The notes beneath the pieces are model-generated. The model saw nothing but the letters and a program-made list of their open reading frames with translations. It did no database searches and was not told where the DNA came from. DNA of 64,000 nucleotides from a virus, in IMG/VR virus record IMGVR_UViG_3300032288_004617, positions 19,541 through 83,540 of that record; one strand, written 5' to 3'. This document shows, piece by piece, positions 19,599-29,179 of the stretch. Both the position numbers and the translations under genes were made by a program. Every line of letters starts with the position of its first letter. Position 1 is the first letter of the stretch.

Positions 19599-19602
19599 TA
19601 TA

Positions 19603-19634
19603 CAAATTTAGTTGTTAAGTTTTGGTTAAACAAA
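19603..19634 (-). promoter_or_regulatory. Bacteroidota primary-sigma promoter (-33/-7)
   Basis: TTTG-N20-TAAATTTG, then 4 nt to ATG. Confidence 0.75.
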
Positions 19635-19658
19635 AGTATTGAAAATTTTGATATTTAG

Positions 19659-20246
19659 TTAGAATTCATTTAGTAAACAATAACTTACTGATCGTTGGTC
19701 TTTTAATTGAGCTACCCACTTTAAATGTTCTTGCTTATCATTTAACACTTGACATCCCATACTCCATTCTCCAATAAAAACTTTTTTTGATGTAGTTTTT
19801 GGATCATAGCTATTAGAGTGGAAATTTATTCCGTACAATCCATCTGTAGGGTTTCCGATTTCCTCAGATTTTCCATCTTTATCTCCATCTCTATAAACAG
19901 AAATAGGACCAACTTGAACTAATGCCGGCATTTTCCCATTGTGCAAACCATACCTCCAAACACCATAGTACCACTTATCAGCTTTCACTACAGCAGAACC
20001 TAATTTGTTATACTTAATGAATCCTCCTTTTAAGCCTGGAGTACCAGGATTAGTTGTTCCTGTTGTAACACTTAAGAATTTTTGATCCTTATCAAATAAA
20101 TAAAACTTATCATCATAGACATTTTCAGCATCTTCTTTACTTCTTATTCCTATAATAAAGTCTTCTTTTGGAAAACCCTTAAATCCTTGAACAGCTTTTG
20201 CTCTTTCTAAAATTTCTTTGTCTGTGTAATTTCTTACGTTGTTCAT
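19659..20246 (-). CDS. Putative endolysin (L,D-transpeptidase/YkuD-like His-Cys catalytic motif)
   Basis: GINFH...IGEWSMGCQV; adjacent to spanin/holin-like genes. Confidence 0.6.
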   Translation of the reverse strand: MNNVRNYTDKEILERAKAVQGFKGFPKEDFIIGIRSKEDAENVYDDKFYLFDKDQKFLSVTTGTTNPGTPGLKGGFIKYNKLGSAVVKADKWYYGVWRYGLHNGKMPALVQVGPISVYRDGDKDGKSEEIGNPTDGLYGINFHSNSYDPKTTSKKVFIGEWSMGCQVLNDKQEHLKWVAQLKDQRSVSYCLLNEF

Positions 20247-20797
20247 ACTAATAGTTTTTTTATAAATGTTATTAATTTTCCTATATGACTAACTAATATT
20301 CCAAGTATTAATCCTATTAAAAAATAGTTAATTTTTCTATTTGATTTTTTAGTAGTCCTTGAGTCTGCTCTCAACTCAACTCTTTTTGTTTTATTTTTTT
20401 GTTTTATTTCAGCAACTTTTACTTTAGTACCTTCCTTAACAATTTTTGTAATTGTTTTGTATTTCAATCTTATCTCTTGTCTTGTTTGAGGTGGAGTTAT
20501 ATATGTATTATCAACCGGAAACTCAATCTTTATTGACTTTAAATACCAATACAAATTTGTCTTCGGCCCTTCATGTTTGACACTAATATATACAAAATTA
20601 TTCTCAACCATAGTATCACCATAAAAATATACATTACCTGTATCAGAAATAGTTTTAACTATTGTATCTCTATGTGTACTTACAATTGTTGGATCTAATT
20701 TTATAGCCCTTTTTAAATGTCTATTTGCTCTCTCCGTTGTTGAACAAGATATTGTTGATAGTAAAATTAAACAGATTGCTATTATTTGGTTTTTCAC
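20243..20797 (-). CDS. Putative unimolecular spanin
   Basis: Lipoprotein signal MKNQIIAICLILLSTIS-C and a C-terminal TM helix YFLIGLILGILVSHIG. Confidence 0.65.
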   Translation of the reverse strand: MKNQIIAICLILLSTISCSTTERANRHLKRAIKLDPTIVSTHRDTIVKTISDTGNVYFYGDTMVENNFVYISVKHEGPKTNLYWYLKSIKIEFPVDNTYITPPQTRQEIRLKYKTITKIVKEGTKVKVAEIKQKNKTKRVELRADSRTTKKSNRKINYFLIGLILGILVSHIGKLITFIKKLLV

Positions 20798-20807
20798 TTT
20801 TATCAGT

Positions 20808-21044
20808 TTATTTCATTGTTATTCTATTTCCAATTGCATCAGAAATCTTAGTGCTAACTGCTGTGCCCATAAATACTAAAAATACTTCAAAGTTAAATCC
20901 TTTTAAAATAAAATGTATTGTAGCAGCAATAGTTGCAAATAGATAAGATGTGAACATTGTCAATGAAGTTCTACTCCATCTCATTCTTCCATCTTCAGCT
21001 TTTTTCTTTAATGTGTCGTTAACTATATCTCTTACTATACTCAT
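20808..21044 (-). CDS. Small 2-TM holin-like protein
   Basis: 78 aa with two hydrophobic helices and charged termini; RWSRTSL. Confidence 0.6.
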   Translation of the reverse strand: MSIVRDIVNDTLKKKAEDGRMRWSRTSLTMFTSYLFATIAATIHFILKGFNFEVFLVFMGTAVSTKISDAIGNRITMK

Positions 21045-21046
21045 AT

Positions 21047-21970
21047 CTATTTCAAGGTATTCAAGTAAAATGCTCTCATTAAATCTTTATTAATCTTTGT
21101 AGAAGTTTCACCATCTTTTAACATGTTTTCCATGTTCTTATCTGAAGCATCATCTATCTTACCACTTGACATAGATATTATAGATTTACATCTAATATAT
21201 GTCCCTAACCTTCTTCCTAAAAGGTTTGGTAATAATGCATATAAATTTGTTAACGTATAATCTGTTAATTGAGATCCTTCTGCAAGTAATATATCCACAG
21301 TTGGTTCAGCCCAAGAAATCATCCCACCGTCTAATGTCTTATTACTTATTACAGACTTCTTTTCCCCTGTTGAGAAAGAAATTATATTAATCTTCTCATA
21401 ACCTTCTTTTAAGCATTCAAGTAAGGCCATCATAGATGCATTGTTTACATACATCCCTCCATCAATATACTTATCTCCTCTTATCTCAATAGGCTTGAAA
21501 AAAGACTGTGCAGAAGCACTACTTCTTATAACCTCAAATAATGTGTAATTATCCTCATCGTTCTGCTTTGCCTTTGATGACTTAAATAACTTACCTTCCT
21601 TTTTAGATATATTATAAGCTGGTATTAATATTTCAGTTTTGCAATCCTTTAAAGTAAGATTTTTAGTATAATCTAATATAACCTTATTAAAATATTTATC
21701 GTCATATTTTGGCCTTAGGTATCCAAATCTAAGTATATTTTTGTCAAATATATTCTCCCCATGTATAGTGTACAAATCTAGAATATCCTCTGTAGAATAT
21801 CCTACAGAAAGTAGCACTGCTATTATGGCTCCCGTTGAAGTTCCTGTTATTAAGTCGAAATGATCTTTAATAGGTTTTTTTATAATCTTCTCAAATTCGA
21901 CAAGTTGTACTAAAGCTGTAAGACCTCTAATACCCCCTCCATCTATTTCTAATACATTAGCTATTTTCAT
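21047..21970 (-). CDS. Patatin-like phospholipase
   Basis: Intact DGGGIRG, GTSTG (catalytic Ser), SASA and DGG (catalytic Asp). Confidence 0.92.
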   Translation of the reverse strand: MKIANVLEIDGGGIRGLTALVQLVEFEKIIKKPIKDHFDLITGTSTGAIIAVLLSVGYSTEDILDLYTIHGENIFDKNILRFGYLRPKYDDKYFNKVILDYTKNLTLKDCKTEILIPAYNISKKEGKLFKSSKAKQNDEDNYTLFEVIRSSASAQSFFKPIEIRGDKYIDGGMYVNNASMMALLECLKEGYEKINIISFSTGEKKSVISNKTLDGGMISWAEPTVDILLAEGSQLTDYTLTNLYALLPNLLGRRLGTYIRCKSIISMSSGKIDDASDKNMENMLKDGETSTKINKDLMRAFYLNTLK

Positions 21971-22580
21971 CTGGTGTCATTTTTTTTATTAAAGCTTGTA
22001 GCCCAAATTTATTTTTTAATAGCTTTACTAGAGGTTGTGGTAATATCCCTATCTCCCCACAGTTTTCCAAAAGTGAAGTTAAATACACACCATAAAAACC
22101 TGCCATCGTAATTGAAGGTAAGAAGAAGAATAAAGTACTTCCTTTTGAAATCCACCAACTAATTGATAATATAAAAGATGTTGCTACAAAATATATTGGC
22201 ATTCTCCAAAATCTATAAGAATTAAATACTCCGACTTTCATAGACTTAAAAACTCCTGTTATCCAATCTGCACCCATCAACGCCCATAAAGTATACACTG
22301 CACTTGATGTGTCCCACATATATCCTGTTATAAAAGATGTTAGAGCTCCTACAAAAGCAATTAAAGAATTAGTAGACCAGTGTTTAAACCTAAACAAAGA
22401 TGCTAAGAAATCAGACATCGATTCAAACCCTAAAAAAGATCTATTATTAGAACTCGGTCCATTTCCTGCATAACTTGTTAAACTATACAATTGAGACTTT
22501 ATGGAGATTATTAAATTTTTCAAAATAAGATTTCTGTAATTAATAAAACACGAAATTAATAATCTAACTTTAATTATCAA
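21957..22580 (-). CDS. Holin-like multi-TM protein; true start probably downstream of the track start
   Basis: LMGADWITGV and SLLENCGEIG motifs of phage holin_4-type proteins; several TM helices. Confidence 0.7.
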   Translation of the reverse strand: MIIKVRLLISCFINYRNLILKNLIISIKSQLYSLTSYAGNGPSSNNRSFLGFESMSDFLASLFRFKHWSTNSLIAFVGALTSFITGYMWDTSSAVYTLWALMGADWITGVFKSMKVGVFNSYRFWRMPIYFVATSFILSISWWISKGSTLFFFLPSITMAGFYGVYLTSLLENCGEIGILPQPLVKLLKNKFGLQALIKKMTPDENS

Positions 22581-22597
22581 AAATGATAGACTTTTTT
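22551..22597 (-). promoter_or_regulatory. Putative promoter of the lysis cassette
   Basis: AAAAGTCTATCATT-TTTG-N19-TAATTTCG. Confidence 0.5.
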
Positions 22598-22609
22598 AGG
22601 ACTAAAAAT

Positions 22610-22858
22610 CTACAGAAAATAGTTTACTGCTATCTCAGGATAATAAGTTTGCAAAAATTCAAACATTCCCGATTTATGTAGTATAATTTCATTTGCCAAA
22701 GTTTCCTCAATAGTGCTAATAATACTACACTCATCACCAAATAAAATTAAATCTTTTAAAGCGATATTAGTAGGTGCTAACTCATAATATAGAGTCCCAT
22801 CACCATTATCTGTAAATCTTCTTGTTTCAATTAAAAATTGTTCCATATTAAAATTCAT
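22610..22858 (-). CDS. Small acidic protein (possible fibre chaperone)
   Basis: Overlaps the end of the long fibre gene. Confidence 0.5.
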   Translation of the reverse strand: MNFNMEQFLIETRRFTDNGDGTLYYELAPTNIALKDLILFGDECSIISTIEETLANEIILHKSGMFEFLQTYYPEIAVNYFL

Positions 22859-25800
22859 ATGCTACTAAATGAGACCATTGGTTTATTGTTGCTAATGCTG
22901 TTACACCATTTGTTCTAAGACACTGTACCCCTAATAAAGTGTCAATACCTGGTAGATCTGTTGTCAGCGTTCCTTGTGCTGTAGCACCTGTAGTACGATT
23001 AGTTATTCTATACTTTACTGTGGATGTGCCTGGTTCGTTATACATATCAAATATGTAAAATGCTGTTAAAGCAGCTCCTGCTGTTCTATTAGCAGGGAAG
23101 TTAACTCCTAGATCAATTTTAGAAGCTGTACCTACACCATCATTATAAAACACTTGTAAATTAGTATCTGCTGCATCTGAACCAACTCCTATAAAGTTAA
23201 TTAATGATGAATTGTCTACAGTATTTGACAGAGTACCTAATGTTGTAATAGGTAAGAAACCGTGAAACTGTTTAGCTCCTGCAACATATGCTGCATCTTG
23301 AATACACCAACCTACAGAGAAAAAGAAACCTTGACCTACTGAATGTCTTAATGAAGCCGTTCTAATACCTGCTTTTGCCCCTACCGTAGATGTAGTAGGA
23401 ACTTGTAGTCTTATTGTTCTATTTATAGTAGATCCTGTTGATATTGATATAGCTGCAGCAGTTCCAGAAACAGTAGCGGCAGAAACGTTACCCATAACAG
23501 TCATAGTAGCAGAACCATTATTTGCATGGTATCCTGAAGGATAATTACTAGGTGGCAATGCTGGAATAAATAATGGGGCAGCACTATTAAAATTAACCCA
23601 GTCTGTAGAACTCAGATAGCCATTTTGAGTAGCACTCGCAACTTGTTGAGATATATTTACTCCACTGCCTATTACTGATCCTGTACCCCCTGTTACAGAT
23701 ATACCATCTGTTCCTACATCTGTAAAGTCACCTATAGTAAGAGCATCTTGTTTACCGTTCCAAGTACTTTTTTCAGTATCTGTAACAAAACGATAAGATG
23801 CTGATTGTGTAATATTTGCTGGATCAGATGTGTCTAAATTAGCAACGTTTGATAAACCTACATCACTTTTAGTCAATTGTTTATTCTTCCATAAAGAAGT
23901 AGCAAAATCATAATAGATAATGTCATTGTTTGCTAATGTTCCAGTGTCAATTTTAACGTTGTGTATTTCATTTAACTCAAAACCATTCTGTACCTTAACA
24001 AATATTTCCCCATTAGTTGCACTTTTTCTAGTTATAATACCTATAAATACCAAATGATCTGGAGCTACAGGTTTATTAATTAAACCAAAAATTAAATCTC
24101 CATTAACCCCCAACCATACAGGATCACCTTCATTACCACTATTAGTATTTAAACCAGCAAGCAATCCTTCTGTAACTACAATACCTTGGTCATTTAATAT
24201 ACCAGTTGCTGTAACTAATCCCATTGTTTTAGAGGAAGTTGCTTCAGAAGTATTACTTGCTTTTGAAACAATCATGTTAGTCCCATTAGCACTTGTTACA
24301 TAAACTGCTTGGCCTTTTGTAATAGCTTCACCATATTTAACAATATGAGAAACAGTAGATGCAGATGTTGGTAATGTAGCTAAAGTTCCATCACCTCTGA
24401 TATATTCAGCTGTTGTACCAGCACCAACCACTGCAATATCCCCACTAGATGTAATTGGACTATTTGAAACAGTGAATGCACTTGGCATTGTTAAGCCTAC
24501 AGAAGTTACTCCACCTGTTGGCAATGCACTTATATTACCATTTAGTTTTCCTATTGCACCAAGAATACTATCTGATGCAGATAAAGTTCCTGCTGCTGAA
24601 ACATATCCTGTTAGAGGAGCGGAAATTGCTCTTGCATCTGTAAAATAAAGATTTGTCCCTTCAGTTAAATTTGTCGTACTTACAGATCTAGTAAGTTGTC
24701 CAGTGGTAGTTGCTCCGATAACACCAGACGCTGCCCCTGTTAAATTATTAACAGTAACTTCTCCTGATGATGCTATACCTATTCTTGTAAGATTATTAGT
24801 ACGTATATTTAAACTAAACGCATCTGTCAGTCCTATAATTGTATCTGCTCCATATGCATTACCACCTTTTTTAAACCAGTCAGCTGGAGAAATACTATTT
24901 AAAGTAGTTATATTACTTATCGCATGAGTGTTCATATTAAGTGTAGCAGCCATAGGTTTGCTACCATCTAACATTAAAAACTGAGTGTGCCCTGCATCTC
25001 CTGTTGTTAAATTAGATAAAGATAAGTGATCTGAACTTGCAGAAGTTCCACCAGATCTAAAACCAACTACAGGTCTTTGGTCAATTATTTCTGTTATATT
25101 AGTTGCACCAAATGTGACAATAATACCTGCAATTAATGTAACTGCATCTTTAATAAATGTTGGAGGTATAGGTATTACACCTGTTTCTGCAGCACTCAAA
25201 GATGCGAAAGTTGTTTGTCCATAAACAACATAGTATTTTTCATGACCAGTTCCTCCTACAACATATACAGAATGTTTTGCATATTGACCTGCTGTTAAAG
25301 CTGTAAGTGTACCTGCATTATCCCATGATAAAGGTATTGTTTGAGTTGCGGTTTGTATTACACCATTTAATGTTGGTACAAATGTTATATTAGTTCCTCC
25401 TACCGGACTAAATACATTTGATGCATAATAATAAATACCACTATTGACATTTAAATGAAAAGGTGTTACATTTTCTGTCACCTGAGAACCTGATGCATAT
25501 ATAGGCCCCATCGCACTTCTAAACAGATTATCAAATCTATTTGATGTATGCTCAGCATGTGCAGGGACTTCATCTAACAGTTCAATACCTGTTCCATTTG
25601 TAACAACTCTACCTAATAATATATTATTGATTGTATCAGGTTGAGATCCATTACTTGTTAATGCACCTGTAGTGTCAAAGTAAATATATCTATCTTGGTT
25701 TGCTGAAAGTGTTATTGATGTACTACTCCAATCTTTTCTTAATACAACATCTGTAACAGGTAGTTCATAATAACCATATCCTGAACTAATATTAACAGTA

Positions 25801-28061
25801 AAGCCACCACCATTAGTAAGATCACCACCTTCCATAAGGCCCATAGTCCCACCTTCTAATAGTAATGTTGATATATCAGAATGTTCACCTGTTGGATAAG
25901 TTACAGCTAGTTTTCCGGTTATCTCAAACTGTGCATCATTACTATCTAAGTATGCCCATGCAAAGTTAGGAGAAACATTATTAACTTTGGTGTGATCAGC
26001 TGATCCATTAAATGTACCTGAAGCTGTTGGATGTTCAATGAATAAATCCCATGTTGTAGAATTATCTACATCCAATGATGTTATTATGGCATTTGATGCA
26101 ACACCAGAATTTTCCATATACAACCCCATGTCAAAATAGTCAACATATGTTGCAAGAAGAGTTAGCAAAGCACCATTCACAAGATGAAAAGCTTTCCCTG
26201 TTCCGTCTGATGTATGTCCTGAGCCTACTACTTTAACTTCCGAATTTGTACCTGATACAAATGTACCTGCAAGTATACCTGATGTAGGTATATTATAATA
26301 ATTTTCTAAGTTAGCAAAAGCATAAAATCCATTTGTCGAAATGACTTTTACACCATAATCATATACACCATTAAAGTCTATATACTCACCATAGAAATAT
26401 GTATCTTGAGTAATAGATTGAACAAATATACCTACACTACAGTCTTCAAAAGATATTTTATGTGCTTGAGAGAAATCTCCTGTATCATCTATTGATAGAC
26501 CTGCATACCCTGCTCCAGCATTTTGTAAGGTAAGAAAAGATACTTCATTATTTGCACCAAGTAATATAATATCATGATTATTTGCATCCGGTTGTATTTG
26601 TGTTGTTTTAATACTTGATCCAATAATACTTACATATGGATGAGATGCAAGATCAATTACAGGCTCTGTAAAAACACCTGGCCCTACTTGTACAATATAT
26701 CTATTTGTTATACTTGAACCTGTTATAAAATTTACAGCTGCAGCAATAGATGTAAAATTACCACCCTTCTTAGCAACTGTAATTATTCTTGGATCTTTAT
26801 TTACTTCATATATAGGGGCTGCAATAGGAACTTCTGTTTTTAAGAATGTATCAGTTCCTTCGAATTTACCTGTAGTACTAGGGTGCTCTACAATAATATC
26901 TTTTGTATTATTCTCAAAATTAAGAGCCGTTCCATATATACTAGGAGCAGATCCTACATTAGGAGCATAAATACCTGTAGACCACCTTTGAAAATTAACT
27001 GCTGTTAATCTTAATGATGCACCATTCTCAACCCAAAATCCTGTACCACCTGCAGCTCCTGTCGCTTTAGTTAATAAGCATCCATTAACAATAAATGCAC
27101 AACCAGGTTGATCTGCTTTAGCAAATATTAAACCTGTCGTTGTAGTTATACCTCCATTAGTAGATGTAACATTTCTTAATTGCATTCTACCAATACCAGA
27201 TCCATCATTTGTTACATGGAATCCTAATGTAAATGGATAACCACCATATTTAACATTAGAACATTGTAGTATACAATTTCCCCCACTAGTACCTATCGTT
27301 TTAGCATGAGTGTAATTGGCCCCAAATCTTACATTTTCAGCATATGCTATTGCATTAGTTTGTGGGACAGTTGGAGAAGAGTATACAACAGCAGAAACAC
27401 CTGTGCCAGTAGAACCCTGAACTTGCAAATCAATTATCATAGATTGATCAGCCATTATGAATACACTATTACTGCTATTATTAGCTTCTACGATAGTATT
27501 CATACTACTGTCTCCTTTAACAGTAACCCAAGATTTCATAGTGATAACAGGTTCTAAATATAAACCTGCATTAACTCTAACTACAAAAGGATTACTAGAT
27601 GAAGCTGTAGTAATACTAGCAACAGCTGCAGCTATAGACGTAAAATCTGCGACACCTGACACTGTATCTACAGTAACAATATTAGTACTCTTTTTTAAGA
27701 GAGTTGCCCAACGATCATAGTTGTTTAAAGTTTCAGATGTAATGTATTTTTCATTATCTGTCCCTGTATTTACTTCTAGTTGTGTAGCTTTACTAGCTGA
27801 CTCACTATATATCCATTTAGTTAAATCTGAATAGTATGCACCAGCTGGATAATATGTTCCACCTATACTACCATACCAAAATTTATTACCTTGTGCATTA
27901 TCTACAATAAATACATCATACAGTCCTACTGTTGTAGGATCTGGTAATGCAGAGTAGTTTGCTACATGAGTTATAACAACTGTAGTAGGCCCTGGACCTC
28001 CTCCGGTGTTTGCTTCGTAGTAATCAAGTGTTCCTGTAAAAGGATTAAATTTCCAAGACAT
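22848..28061 (-). CDS. Long tail fibre/tailspike with two pectin lyase-like beta-helix domains
   Basis: 1737 aa; two ITV....(D/N)FTSIAAAV...V.V..G...E starts; fibre motifs STTNLTEGTNLYFTDARA and LTKSDVGLSNV. Confidence 0.8.
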   Translation of the reverse strand: MSWKFNPFTGTLDYYEANTGGGPGPTTVVITHVANYSALPDPTTVGLYDVFIVDNAQGNKFWYGSIGGTYYPAGAYYSDLTKWIYSESASKATQLEVNTGTDNEKYITSETLNNYDRWATLLKKSTNIVTVDTVSGVADFTSIAAAVASITTASSSNPFVVRVNAGLYLEPVITMKSWVTVKGDSSMNTIVEANNSSNSVFIMADQSMIIDLQVQGSTGTGVSAVVYSSPTVPQTNAIAYAENVRFGANYTHAKTIGTSGGNCILQCSNVKYGGYPFTLGFHVTNDGSGIGRMQLRNVTSTNGGITTTTGLIFAKADQPGCAFIVNGCLLTKATGAAGGTGFWVENGASLRLTAVNFQRWSTGIYAPNVGSAPSIYGTALNFENNTKDIIVEHPSTTGKFEGTDTFLKTEVPIAAPIYEVNKDPRIITVAKKGGNFTSIAAAVNFITGSSITNRYIVQVGPGVFTEPVIDLASHPYVSIIGSSIKTTQIQPDANNHDIILLGANNEVSFLTLQNAGAGYAGLSIDDTGDFSQAHKISFEDCSVGIFVQSITQDTYFYGEYIDFNGVYDYGVKVISTNGFYAFANLENYYNIPTSGILAGTFVSGTNSEVKVVGSGHTSDGTGKAFHLVNGALLTLLATYVDYFDMGLYMENSGVASNAIITSLDVDNSTTWDLFIEHPTASGTFNGSADHTKVNNVSPNFAWAYLDSNDAQFEITGKLAVTYPTGEHSDISTLLLEGGTMGLMEGGDLTNGGGFTVNISSGYGYYELPVTDVVLRKDWSSTSITLSANQDRYIYFDTTGALTSNGSQPDTINNILLGRVVTNGTGIELLDEVPAHAEHTSNRFDNLFRSAMGPIYASGSQVTENVTPFHLNVNSGIYYYASNVFSPVGGTNITFVPTLNGVIQTATQTIPLSWDNAGTLTALTAGQYAKHSVYVVGGTGHEKYYVVYGQTTFASLSAAETGVIPIPPTFIKDAVTLIAGIIVTFGATNITEIIDQRPVVGFRSGGTSASSDHLSLSNLTTGDAGHTQFLMLDGSKPMAATLNMNTHAISNITTLNSISPADWFKKGGNAYGADTIIGLTDAFSLNIRTNNLTRIGIASSGEVTVNNLTGAASGVIGATTTGQLTRSVSTTNLTEGTNLYFTDARAISAPLTGYVSAAGTLSASDSILGAIGKLNGNISALPTGGVTSVGLTMPSAFTVSNSPITSSGDIAVVGAGTTAEYIRGDGTLATLPTSASTVSHIVKYGEAITKGQAVYVTSANGTNMIVSKASNTSEATSSKTMGLVTATGILNDQGIVVTEGLLAGLNTNSGNEGDPVWLGVNGDLIFGLINKPVAPDHLVFIGIITRKSATNGEIFVKVQNGFELNEIHNVKIDTGTLANNDIIYYDFATSLWKNKQLTKSDVGLSNVANLDTSDPANITQSASYRFVTDTEKSTWNGKQDALTIGDFTDVGTDGISVTGGTGSVIGSGVNISQQVASATQNGYLSSTDWVNFNSAAPLFIPALPPSNYPSGYHANNGSATMTVMGNVSAATVSGTAAAISISTGSTINRTIRLQVPTTSTVGAKAGIRTASLRHSVGQGFFFSVGWCIQDAAYVAGAKQFHGFLPITTLGTLSNTVDNSSLINFIGVGSDAADTNLQVFYNDGVGTASKIDLGVNFPANRTAGAALTAFYIFDMYNEPGTSTVKYRITNRTTGATAQGTLTTDLPGIDTLLGVQCLRTNGVTALATINQWSHLVAYEF

Positions 28062-28098
28062 ATTTAGTTTTTTATAAAATGAATTAAATCATTTATGT

Positions 28099-28761
28099 TT
28101 AGTTATAATTTATTTTTTTAAATTTCCCATTTAATGCTTCGAAAGTTGTCTGCATATCTTTTGGTAATAAATCTATTCCCATTGCAAACATTTCATAACA
28201 AGCTAAAATCTTTTCAAAGTTAGATCTATGATGCGTGCATGCAAATATACTATCTATTCTATGTTGGAAACTAACAACTACATCATAACGGAATTTTTCA
28301 AACAACTCTATAATATAAGATGCATCTTCAGGACTTATTCCACGATTTAACCAATGATTTTTAGTTGCATTAATATAATCTACGTGCATGGCATTCATTT
28401 CTCTCAATACTAATAATTTTAACTCATCAAAAGATATTTTTTCAAAATCTTTATCTAAAAACTTTGTAAAATAAATAGTACATATATCACATTTGAAATT
28501 GGTGAAATCTATACACATCCTTGTCTTAACTGCATCATAATCTCCATGAGTGTAAAATTTCATGAAGAATACTTCTTTTTTGACTCTTTCTATAGTAGAA
28601 AATATATTGTGACATTTTAAATCCTTAATGTCTTCTTTAGATTCTCTTTTAAAGATTAATTTAGATATATCTTTATGAAAATAGTAAACTAAAATTCCAA
28701 AAATAATAACTGTAAAAAGTAAGTAAGGTGGTAAATTGATGTGTCCAAGAAAGTCAAACAT
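28099..28761 (-). CDS. Membrane-anchored protein (N-terminal TM plus soluble domain)
   Basis: YLLFTVIIFGILVYYF followed by ~190 soluble residues. Confidence 0.6.
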   Translation of the reverse strand: MFDFLGHINLPPYLLFTVIIFGILVYYFHKDISKLIFKRESKEDIKDLKCHNIFSTIERVKKEVFFMKFYTHGDYDAVKTRMCIDFTNFKCDICTIYFTKFLDKDFEKISFDELKLLVLREMNAMHVDYINATKNHWLNRGISPEDASYIIELFEKFRYDVVVSFQHRIDSIFACTHHRSNFEKILACYEMFAMGIDLLPKDMQTTFEALNGKFKKINYN

Positions 28762-28820
28762 TTTAATTATTAAAATAAAGTTGTTGTAATAGGTTTTTTA
28801 TTTTTTATAATGTATATATT

Positions 28821-29165
28821 TTATACCGGCACTTTAGCATCAATTAATTCTTGTACCTTTACTTCAATAGCTAACCTCATGTTGTGTAGAGTTGTCATTA
28901 AGTCAGGATGTTCAACTTTAATACTAGCTAAAGTAATAGGAGCATGATCATCACCTGGGTTCTGGCACAATATACGTGATTCGCACATATGCTGATCTTC
29001 TGTCAACTGTACTACTACTTTCTCAAAAGTAATACCGTATGTAGCTTCAAATTCTTCCTTAATAGGTAAGATGATATCTAATACGTCTACTTGATAATGC
29101 TCTTCGTTGAACATTGAAAACACTTCATTCTTAACGAAGTCTACTGTTATGTTTTGTAATTCCAT
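28821..29165 (-). CDS. Hypothetical acidic protein (possible fibre chaperone)
   Basis: ORF following a spike gene. Confidence 0.55.
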   Translation of the reverse strand: MELQNITVDFVKNEVFSMFNEEHYQVDVLDIILPIKEEFEATYGITFEKVVVQLTEDQHMCESRILCQNPGDDHAPITLASIKVEHPDLMTTLHNMRLAIEVKVQELIDAKVPV

Positions 29166-29179
29166 AATTCTTAATTTAC

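Noticed and set aside
21047-21970. CBASS operon
   Set aside because: No CD-NTase or Cap2/Cap3 gene nearby; the neighbours are lysis genes.
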